A stretch of 64,000 nt of DNA, from NCBI GenBank assembly GCA_965224245.1, contig OZ245046.1, positions 352,001 through 416,000 of the forward strand, read 5' to 3'. A model generated the notes under the pieces. It was not told the origin of the DNA. It saw only the letters and a program-made list of their open reading frames with translations, and searched no databases. Positions 1-8,037 of this stretch are shown piece after piece (the stretch's first letter is position 1; the number at the start of each line of letters is the position of its first letter). The position numbers were made by a program, and so were the translations under genes. Source of the DNA: Candidatus Eiseniibacteriota bacterium (GTDB taxonomy: Bacteria > Eisenbacteria > RBG-16-71-46 > CAZAMP01).

Positions 1-2
1 CC

Positions 3-1457
3 GTCCCCTGGGGGAGACCGGTCATCGCGGTCGATCCGACCTCGGAGCGGTTGAACGAAGCATGCATCGCCTGGGGTGACTTCCGCGAGGACCCGATGCG
101 GCACGTCTACTTCGACGGCCCCGGTGTCGACGTGGAGGAGTGTACGATCGCTCCGTTCGAGGACCTCACGCTCGGGGCCTCGTACGTCTCGGGCGACGTG
201 TTCTCGTCATCGGGGATCGACATCCGCGTCGATGACTTCTACTACGTCATCGGCCCCTGCGGCGGGCCCATGACGAGCGGTGACGTCCGGGTCATCGACG
301 ACGTCGGCTCCTGTCGTCCCGGGAAAGAGCTCTGGTTGGACAACGTCACGTTGATCTTCGACTTTCATGAGCCCCTGTATCAGGTGACGATCCCGTTCGG
401 CGAGTACGGTGGGGTCGTGGATCTCGGCGTCAATGGAGACTGCCGCGTCGTCGCCGACTTCAGAGACCTCGACCAGCAGATCGTCGGCGGCTGCCTCGTG
501 ACCGTGGTCGACCTGTCCACGGCCTTCTGCGGGGAGATCGCGATCGAGGGGCCGGTCGAGCAGCTCGTCGTCGGCGGACAGGAGCTCGCCATCGACGACG
601 TTCAGTACTGTCGCCGCGTCTGCGAGAACCTGACCATCACGATGGACTTCGAGTCGCTTCCGCTGGGGCTGGAGCTCCCGTACGGCAGCCAGTTCCAGCA
701 CGGCTACTCGGAGCTCACGCCGCCCGGGGTCGGCTTTGCGGTCGAGACCACGATGGACACGTACTTCTGGAGTGCCGGCTGCACGAATCCCTACACCGGT
801 GGAGTCGCCATCGTGCAGGAGGGCGGCGGTGCGTGCGCGGGAGGACATGAGCTTCGCGTCGACAACGTCAACCTGCGCTTCGATTTCGATGGACCCGTGG
901 AACGACTCAGCATCCAGTACGGGGAGTATGGCGGCAGCGTGAACCTCCAGCTCAACGGCGTCTGCCTCACGCTTGGAGACTTCCGCGAGGCCATCGGACC
1001 CTATCCCGACGCCTACGTCTTTGCCGAGCTCTATCCCGGCATGGGCGGCTGCGGGCGCGTCGTCGTGAACGGGAAGATCGACGACTTCGCGATCGGAGGG
1101 CAGGAGCTGGTGATCGACTCGATCGAAGCCTGCCTCCATCCGGTCGTGGACGTGCCGGAGACCGGTCCGGTCTCGAGCGTGCCGCGAGTGTGGAACGCAC
1201 CCAACCCGTTCCGCAGGGCGACGACGATCCACTTCGCCCTTCGCTCGATCGAAGGCGTGTCGGTGGACGTCTTCGACGTCGTCGGTCGCCGCGTCCGAAC
1301 GCTGCTTCACGGCGACGCGGTCCCTGCCGAGGGGCGGGGTGAGGTGACGTGGGACGCACGGGACGAGGTGGGGCGTCGCGTTCCACCGGGAGTCTACTTC
1401 TACCGGGTGAGATCCGGTTCAACCGTCCTCACGCGGCACATCGTGCTCGTGGAGTAG
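3..1457 (+). CDS. 5'-truncated secreted protein with two tandem ~160-aa beta-sandwich repeats and C-terminal FlgD-Ig/T9SS-like domain
   Basis: Frame is open from the window edge. Repeats share FE(D/S)L-x-LG, DNV-x-L-x-FDF, GEYGG-x-V-x-L-x-x-NG and GGQEL-x-ID. C-terminus PNPFRRATTIHF...VFDVVGRRVRTL...WDARDEVGRRVPPGVYFYRV. Confidence 0.85.
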   Translation, partial: VPWGRPVIAVDPTSERLNEACIAWGDFREDPMRHVYFDGPGVDVEECTIAPFEDLTLGASYVSGDVFSSSGIDIRVDDFYYVIGPCGGPMTSGDVRVIDDVGSCRPGKELWLDNVTLIFDFHEPLYQVTIPFGEYGGVVDLGVNGDCRVVADFRDLDQQIVGGCLVTVVDLSTAFCGEIAIEGPVEQLVVGGQELAIDDVQYCRRVCENLTITMDFESLPLGLELPYGSQFQHGYSELTPPGVGFAVETTMDTYFWSAGCTNPYTGGVAIVQEGGGACAGGHELRVDNVNLRFDFDGPVERLSIQYGEYGGSVNLQLNGVCLTLGDFREAIGPYPDAYVFAELYPGMGGCGRVVVNGKIDDFAIGGQELVIDSIEACLHPVVDVPETGPVSSVPRVWNAPNPFRRATTIHFALRSIEGVSVDVFDVVGRRVRTLLHGDAVPAEGRGEVTWDARDEVGRRVPPGVYFYRVRSGSTVLTRHIVLVE

Positions 1458-1707
1458 CTGATGACGGCGCCACCGCCTGCTCTCCACTCGGACGGGCGGT
1501 GGCGCCTCGGAGGCGGCTCCCCGGACGTGTGCCCTCTCCGGAGTCGTCACCTTCTACCACCAGGCCCGACGCTGTTACCATGGTCGTCGATCGTATCGGA
1601 CGAGCGGCGACCTCGAACCCGGATCGAGACCGAACGCACGGAGCGGCGGCGCATCGTACGGACGTGACACCCGAGCCTGGAACCTCATCCTTCGTACGGA
1701 GGCTGCC

Positions 1708-2532
1708 ATGCGACGTCGAGTCACAGGAGGTGCCGTGCTTTCCGTCGGGCTGGCGGGCGCAGTCGCCGGCATTGCCGCCGCGACCGATCTCCTCGAGATC
1801 GACATCGTCCGGTTCGACGCGTCGGGGACGATCCTCCACGAGATCTACTTCGAGGCCAACCGGGACGGGGCGACGACGTGCGACCTCGTCACGCCGCTGG
1901 GTACGTACGTCTGCACCGACGTCGGGGGTCGCTTCCGGGCCGAGCCGGCGTTCTTCGACGAGCATGTGGATCTGACCTTCGCCGAGGTGCAGAGCATCGT
2001 GTCGTCGCCGTGGACCGTGACCTGGGACGCGGGCGCCGGTCAGACGGTCGCGACCCTCGAGCTCGGGCCCATTACGATCGAGGACGTTCCGGCCATTCCC
2101 AGCCTCACCGCGCCGGTGGATGGTGAGGTCATCGAGGTGCCGGCCGACCCGAACCCTCCGGTCGTCACGTGGATGTACGACGGGATCTCCGACCCGTGCG
2201 AGGCGCAGCCGGACCACGTCGTGGTGATCTTCACGGACCAGGAGTCGATCTGGGACGCCACGACCGTGATCGACTCGGGCGAGCTCGCCTGCACGGAGAC
2301 GTCCTGGGAGCCCTCCGAGGCGCTTCCGGAGGGCATCTGGTTCACGGCGGTCGTGAACGCGCTGTCGTTCCGGGACGTGCCGGACGGGATCACGGTGGTC
2401 GAGGGGGACTGGCCGCTCGAGAACACGGACTGGCTGCAGCTGTACGGGGCGGACCGTGTCCACAACGAGGTGATCCCGGTGGAGCGGAGCAGCTGGAGCG
2501 AGATCAAGGCGCGCCATCGCGATCCGAGGTGA
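1708..2532 (+). CDS. Secreted hypothetical protein (Ig/FN3-like) with short C-terminal SW-x2-IK tail
   Basis: GGAGG RBS; signal-peptide-like MRRRVTGGAVLSVGLAGAVAGIAAA; ends PVERSSWSEIKARHRDPR. Confidence 0.8.
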   Translation: MRRRVTGGAVLSVGLAGAVAGIAAATDLLEIDIVRFDASGTILHEIYFEANRDGATTCDLVTPLGTYVCTDVGGRFRAEPAFFDEHVDLTFAEVQSIVSSPWTVTWDAGAGQTVATLELGPITIEDVPAIPSLTAPVDGEVIEVPADPNPPVVTWMYDGISDPCEAQPDHVVVIFTDQESIWDATTVIDSGELACTETSWEPSEALPEGIWFTAVVNALSFRDVPDGITVVEGDWPLENTDWLQLYGADRVHNEVIPVERSSWSEIKARHRDPR

Positions 2533-2563
2533 GCGCTCGCATCGCTCGACAGGTCCCGCGATC

Positions 2564-3292
2564 TCAGAACGTCCGATACACGGACTTGACGCGCGCCCAG
2601 CTGGCCGGCGCGATCGGGGTCTCGCAGTCCTCGACCCAGACCTCGACGTCGTCGATCGCGAACGTGAACGCGTTCGTGAACGACGGCTCGTACTGGAAGT
2701 ACGTGACGTCACCGGTGACGGGCGTCGTGGGCAGGTCCTCCGCCACCACGACCCCGTCGATCAGCAACGTCTGGGTCTGGCCGGCCGTGTCGACGTGCCA
2801 CTCGAAGCAGTTGGCCTGGTCGAGGGTCCAGGAGCCGACCGTCTCCTCCGCGCCCGACGTGAGGATCGTGATCGACGGACCTCGATAGTTGACCGAGCCG
2901 TAGATGCGGCCTTGAGGTCCCCGGAGAACGAAGAACGACGGCGGGATGACGGTGCGTGCCACCGAGCACCACTTCACCACGAAGCGATCGCAGGGGTAGG
3001 CGGTCTCGGGGAAATGGAAGCCCGCCAGGAGCGACCCGGCGCCCCCTTCCTCGCGCTGCATCTCCAGCGGCTGATCGGAGAGCGATCCCGACGACGCGAC
3101 CACCGTGTACGTGCCGGGTGCCGTGGGCGAGACGGTCATGGAGTCCCCATCGGGGGGACCGGGGAGCGAGAGGTCGGGGCTCTCGCCGACGACGTCGGCG
3201 TTGAAGTCCGCCCTGGCGACGAGTGTGAGCTGAGCGGCCGCAGACGCGGGGATCAGCAAGGCGAGCGCGGCCGACAGAGCGAGGCGACTCAT
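2564..3292 (-). CDS. Secreted beta-sandwich (lectin-like) hypothetical protein with short C-terminal SW-x2-VK tail
   Basis: GGAGG RBS; clear signal peptide MSRLALSAALALLIPASAAA; ends PIAPASWARVKSVYRTF. Confidence 0.85.
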   Translation of the reverse strand: MSRLALSAALALLIPASAAAQLTLVARADFNADVVGESPDLSLPGPPDGDSMTVSPTAPGTYTVVASSGSLSDQPLEMQREEGGAGSLLAGFHFPETAYPCDRFVVKWCSVARTVIPPSFFVLRGPQGRIYGSVNYRGPSITILTSGAEETVGSWTLDQANCFEWHVDTAGQTQTLLIDGVVVAEDLPTTPVTGDVTYFQYEPSFTNAFTFAIDDVEVWVEDCETPIAPASWARVKSVYRTF

Positions 3293-3563
3293 GGGTCCTC
3301 CCGTGGGCGATGTCGCATGGATTGGCCGGCCGTCGCAAGACGCCCGGACCCCGTCCGATTGTCGATCACCCTGTCGATTTGCGTCAATCGGGGTCGGTTT
3401 CAGCCATGGAGACGGCGCGGCCGGGATGCACGTCGATCCGTCCGCTCACCGCAACGAGGGAGTGCGATTCGTGCTCGATCTCGCGTGCACGCATCGACGC
3501 CATCCCGCTAGAATGGGGAGCCCGAAACCGACGGACCGCGCCTCTCTCGATCTCAGAGGTTCG

Positions 3564-4145
3564 ATGCCCGACCGGCCCGTGCCCGACGTCGCCGCATTCC
3601 TGCGTACCACATCGGCGGGTGCCTCGCCCTCCGACGTGGAGATCGACCGTCTCTTCGCGGTGCTCTACGTGGAGCTGCGGGCAATGGCGGGCGGAATCCT
3701 GTCCGACCAGGTGACCCACCGCACGCTGACCCCCACCGTGCTCGTCAACGAGGCGTATCTGCGCCTGGCTCGCGGTGTCCAGACGAGCTGGCAGTCACGC
3801 GCTCACTTCCTCGGCGTTGCCGCGAAGGCGATGCGGCACGTGCTGGTCGACTATGCCCGGCGGCAGCGGGCGCAGCGACGCGGCGGCGACTGGAAGCGCG
3901 TGTCCATCCCGTTCGATTCGGAGATGCCGGCCACCGCGCCGGAGGCCGACGTCATTGGGCTCCACGAGGCGCTCGAGCGCCTCGGATCGGAGGACCCCCG
4001 CATGGCCCAGGTGGTCGAGCTACGGGTGTTCGCGGGACTGTCCGCAGAGGAGACCGGGCACGTCCTGGGGCTTTCGCGTCGGACGATCACCAAGCACTGG
4101 AAGGTGGCGTGCCTCTGGCTCGCTCACGAGATGTCCGAGGAGTGA
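3564..4145 (+). CDS. ECF RNA polymerase sigma factor, TIGR02999/ECF43-like
   Basis: LFAVLYVELRAMA, TLTPTVLVNEAYLRL, HFLGVAAKAMRHVLVDYAR, VVELRVFAGLS, W-x4-WL. Start moved to ATG 3564 (AGAGGT RBS); TAGAAT -10-like hexamer near 3509. Confidence 0.92.
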   Translation: MPDRPVPDVAAFLRTTSAGASPSDVEIDRLFAVLYVELRAMAGGILSDQVTHRTLTPTVLVNEAYLRLARGVQTSWQSRAHFLGVAAKAMRHVLVDYARRQRAQRRGGDWKRVSIPFDSEMPATAPEADVIGLHEALERLGSEDPRMAQVVELRVFAGLSAEETGHVLGLSRRTITKHWKVACLWLAHEMSEE

Positions 4146-5230
4146 GACGACGCCGTGCGGGTTGCCGGCACGCCTGGAGCGGTCGGACCCGGAGGGTGAT
4201 CCAGGTCATCCTGACGGTCATCCCGCTCACGGTCGCCGCGGCGGGCACCGATCCGATCCCCACCGATCCTGTCCCGAGCCACCGTATGTGTCCCGAATAC
4301 GTGCTGAGCTGGGGGGAGCGGGGCGTGGGCCCGGGGAAGTTCCAGGCGCCGCGGGTGGTCGCGCTGGCGCCCGACGGCGACGTGCTCGTGCTCGACACCC
4401 GGTCCTACCGGGTTCAGCGGTTCTCCGCGAACGGCAGCTTCGAGCGCGAGTGGCACGCGTCACGACCCTCCGACGTCGATCCGCCCCACGGGCTGGCCGT
4501 CGGCGACGACGGACGGATCTACGTCTCGCACGTCGGCCGCATCGACGTCTTCGATCCCGAGGGACGTCTGTCCCGGGTGATCGAGATCGAGGGCAACGTG
4601 GGAGCCATCTCGGTGTCGGACTCGCAGGGGATCGCCGTGCTGATCGGGACCCACGAGGTCTGCCGGCTCGCACCCGACGGAGCCGTCCGCGCCCGTTGGG
4701 GTGGCGACGGGGACGGCCCGGGGCAGTTTCGCTGGGCGAGCGACCTCGCGATCGGTGCGGGGGAGGTCGTGTACGTGCTCGATCGTTCCGAGGCTCGCGT
4801 GCAGTGCTTCTCACCCGACGGCGAGCTGCTTCGCGCCTGGGGCGGGCGGGACTACGCAGCCGTGCACCTGCAGCAGCTAGCGGCCATCGCCTGTCATCCC
4901 GATGGCCGGGTCTTCGTCGTCGATTCGCCGAGCAAGCGGGTCCTCGTCTTCGACGCGCTCGGCGAGCTGCTCTGCACCTGGGGCGAGGGCGGACGCACGC
5001 CGGGCACCTTCGACAGGCCCGTGTCGATCACCGTCGGTCCGCTCGGTGTGTACGTGTGCGACGAGGCAAGAGCGCGCATTCAGCTCTTTCGCGAACCCGA
5101 GAGTCGGATCCGTCCGGTGATCTGGCCCGCGGCTCGCCGGTGGCTGAACGCTGAGGACGTCACCGATCCCGAGGTGTCTCGAACGCCGCCGCCCGGTCAG
5201 GCGTCCCCCAGGCCTCGTAAAGACCGATGA
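4142..5230 (+). CDS. NHL-repeat six-bladed beta-propeller protein, probably exported
   Basis: Repeats WGERGVGPGKFQAPRVVA, WGGDGDGPGQFRWASDLA, WGEGGRTPGTFDRPVSITV. GTG 4142 overlaps the sigma stop (GTGA); alternative GTG at 4196. Hydrophobic N-terminal stretch. Confidence 0.85.
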   Translation: MRRRRAGCRHAWSGRTRRVIQVILTVIPLTVAAAGTDPIPTDPVPSHRMCPEYVLSWGERGVGPGKFQAPRVVALAPDGDVLVLDTRSYRVQRFSANGSFEREWHASRPSDVDPPHGLAVGDDGRIYVSHVGRIDVFDPEGRLSRVIEIEGNVGAISVSDSQGIAVLIGTHEVCRLAPDGAVRARWGGDGDGPGQFRWASDLAIGAGEVVYVLDRSEARVQCFSPDGELLRAWGGRDYAAVHLQQLAAIACHPDGRVFVVDSPSKRVLVFDALGELLCTWGEGGRTPGTFDRPVSITVGPLGVYVCDEARARIQLFREPESRIRPVIWPAARRWLNAEDVTDPEVSRTPPPGQASPRPRKDR

Positions 5231-7664
5231 GGTCCGCACGAACCTCGTCGCGCATCGTCTGAGTGCCGGCGCCGCCATCCGCGAGCCGGCGGTCGCTGGC
5301 CAGGAACAGGGACTCGGCCGCCGCGTAGCGGTGGAGTCGCATCAGGCAACGACCCAGCAGGCGGTCGGTCTCGGCGAGCAGGATCGGCTGGTCCAAGGGC
5401 CCCAGAGCCAGCCGTAGACGTCGAAACACCGGCTCCGCCTCCTCGGGACGGCCGAGATCCAGGAGCGAACGACCGAGGCCCAGGAGCATTCCGGTCGCGT
5501 TGAGGTTCTCGTCCCCGATCAGATCGGCCGTGATGCCGAGCGCCTCGCGGTACATGGGCTCGGCCTCGGTCGGCTGTCCGAGCGCGCGCTTCACGTCGGC
5601 GTGGTGACTGAGTGCCAGGGCATAGGAGCTGTTCGGACCGTTCCGCGCGAACATGTCCGGGAGGATTTCCCGGTAGAGCGAGTCCGCGATCTCGAAGTTC
5701 CCGGCGAGCCGGTGCATGCGCGCGCGCCTGGTCGGGATCGATCCGATCAGACTCACGCTGTCCCCGAAGGTCTCACGCAAGAGGGCTCGACTCCGCGCGT
5801 ACAGGGAATCGGCGTGGCGTATGGCGCCCCGGGCGTCCTCCAGCAGAGCCAGACGGTACAGGGCGAGGGCGATCTCGTAGCGATCGTCGGTCGATGCGGT
5901 CCGTCGTGAGAGTACGCGCGTGAGCGCGGCGCCGGCCTCGTCCGTCTCGCCGTTGGCCAGCATGACATTGGCCAGGTTCAGCTCGAGCTCCAGCAGCCGG
6001 GGATCGTCGCCGCCGCGTTCGACCCGAAGCAGCGAGAGCGACTCGTGGTACAGAGACTCGGCCTCCGCGTAGCGACCGCGCGTGGCATGGATCGAGGCCA
6101 GGTCCGCCAGCAGGTCCACGCGACGCTCGACGTTCGCTCCCGCGCTCGCGGCCAGCGCTGCGCGAAGCTCGCGCTCGGACTCGTCGAAGAGATCGAGGTT
6201 CCGGTAGGCGTGCCCGAGAAGCGACCGCACCTGCAACACCAGGTCCGGATCGGCGAGCGTCTCGCCGGTGCGTCGCGATGCCTCGTCGAGCACGATTCGT
6301 GACGTCGTCGCGCCGAGCACGCCCGTCAGGTACTCGTTGACGCTCTCGGTCCGTGCGCGTTCCCGACGCTGCTGCTGCCAGAGGAACGACATCGCCACGC
6401 TCGTTCCCACCGACACCACGAAGATCACGGTGAGCAGGGAGACGACGGCGCGATGTCGCTGCACCATCTTCCTCACGGCATAGAGCGTCGACGGGGGACC
6501 GGCCGTCACCGCTCGTCCCACGAGATACCGCTCGACGTCCGAGGCGAGATCCGAGGCGGACTGGTAGCGCCGCTCGGGCTCCTTCTCCAGCGCGCGCATC
6601 GTGATCCACTCGAGCTCTCCGGTGAGCCGTCGGAGCAGCTCGCGGGGGGTGGTCGCCCGTGCACCGGCGACCCCGGCCGCGGCCTCGCCGAGCTCGGAGA
6701 CGCGTGCGGCGGGCGACGGGGGAACGACGTCGCGTATCAGCCGGATCGCTCGCTCGAGCCCCTCCGCGTGCAGATCGTCGGGATCGAGCGGGAGGACTCC
6801 GGTCACCAGCTCGTAGAGCAGCACGCCGAGGGCGTAGACGTCGGTGCGCGAGTCGATGGCACCGGGCCGGAAATCGGCTTGCTCGGGGCTCATGTACTCG
6901 GGCGTCCCGATCACGTGTCCGGCCACGGTGCCATCGGCGCCGGGAAGGCCGGACGTCTCCAGCGACTTGGCCACGCCGAAGTCGATCACCTTGGGAATCG
7001 GTGTTCCCTCGACCTCGGTCACCAGGACGTTCGTCGGCTTGATGTCCCGGTGGATGATGCCCTTGCGATGGGCGTGCTCGACCGCGCGGCACACCTGACC
7101 GAACAGCCGGAGGCGTTGCCCGATCGTGAGGCGGCGCTCGTCGCAGTACGTCGTGATCGGCGGACCGTCCACGAGCTCCATGACGAAGAAGGGGCGTCCG
7201 GCGTCGGTGGTTCCCGCCTCGAAGATCCGCGCGATGTGGGGATGCTCCATCAGGGCCAGCGCCTGGCGTTCGGTCTCGAAGCGAGCGATCACGTCGCGCT
7301 CGTGCATGCCGCCGCGGATCACCTTCAGCGCCACGTTCCGGCTCAGGGGGCCGGTCTGGTGGGCGAGGTAGACGCTTCCCATCCCACCTTCGCCGATCGC
7401 ATCGATGATCCGATAGGGTCCGATCGTCGTGCCCGGTGGGATGCCCGCGGCAACGGGGGGCACACGCGCGCCGAGCAGTCGGTCGACCGGAGCCGACGTG
7501 GCGAGAATCGACGGCAGGTCCTCCGCGGACGCCATGATCGCCCTGACGCGGCGCTCGAGGTCCGGATCGCCGTCGCACTGCTCCGCGAGGATGGCCGTGT
7601 GCCTCGACGGGTCGGCATCCACCAGGATGGAGAGAATCTGACGTATCCGCTGCGAGCTCGACAT
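5160..7664 (-). CDS. Membrane-anchored Ser/Thr protein kinase with C-terminal TPR region
   Basis: IGEGGMGSVY, VALKVI, HRDIKPTN, DFG, GTPEYMSPEQ, DVYALG; TM helix AVVSLLTVIFVVSVGTSVAMSFLW; TPR-like repeats (GRYAEAESLYHESL, EAEPMYREAL). AGGAG RBS. Confidence 0.95.
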   Translation of the reverse strand: MSSSQRIRQILSILVDADPSRHTAILAEQCDGDPDLERRVRAIMASAEDLPSILATSAPVDRLLGARVPPVAAGIPPGTTIGPYRIIDAIGEGGMGSVYLAHQTGPLSRNVALKVIRGGMHERDVIARFETERQALALMEHPHIARIFEAGTTDAGRPFFVMELVDGPPITTYCDERRLTIGQRLRLFGQVCRAVEHAHRKGIIHRDIKPTNVLVTEVEGTPIPKVIDFGVAKSLETSGLPGADGTVAGHVIGTPEYMSPEQADFRPGAIDSRTDVYALGVLLYELVTGVLPLDPDDLHAEGLERAIRLIRDVVPPSPAARVSELGEAAAGVAGARATTPRELLRRLTGELEWITMRALEKEPERRYQSASDLASDVERYLVGRAVTAGPPSTLYAVRKMVQRHRAVVSLLTVIFVVSVGTSVAMSFLWQQQRRERARTESVNEYLTGVLGATTSRIVLDEASRRTGETLADPDLVLQVRSLLGHAYRNLDLFDESERELRAALAASAGANVERRVDLLADLASIHATRGRYAEAESLYHESLSLLRVERGGDDPRLLELELNLANVMLANGETDEAGAALTRVLSRRTASTDDRYEIALALYRLALLEDARGAIRHADSLYARSRALLRETFGDSVSLIGSIPTRRARMHRLAGNFEIADSLYREILPDMFARNGPNSSYALALSHHADVKRALGQPTEAEPMYREALGITADLIGDENLNATGMLLGLGRSLLDLGRPEEAEPVFRRLRLALGPLDQPILLAETDRLLGRCLMRLHRYAAAESLFLASDRRLADGGAGTQTMRDEVRADLIGLYEAWGTPDRAAAFETPRDR

Positions 7665-8037
7665 GGCACTCCTACGCGAGAGGCCGCGATTCGATCACAT
7701 CTTACGTACGATCGGAGGACCGGATCAAATGGTGGAGAGGGGTGCGCTGTCGGGAGGACGAGAAGAGCCCCCTCGACGAGCGCCGAGGGGCTCGGGACCG
7801 CTCTCGACGGAGAGGGGGGGCAGCGAATCTGGTTGACCGCCTCGTCGAGCAGCTTCTCGTCTGCCAGCGTCACCGCGCCGACCACCTCTGGCCGCACCAT
7901 GATCGACGAGACGCCGATCAACGCGGCCGGCAGGTGCCGTCGGCCGGATGGGTCGCATGTCGGGCGCTGGAACGGGACGGACGCCCCCGTGCTAGGATCG
8001 AAGGCGCACCGCTCCAACCCACTCCCGGAGACGAACC

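Noticed and set aside
7665-8037. Intergenic hairpin near 7765-7793 and protein-like fragment MVRPEVVGAVTLADEKLLDEAVNQIR on the minus strand
   Set aside because: The hairpin is bulged and not after a stop codon; the fragment has no RBS or recognisable family.
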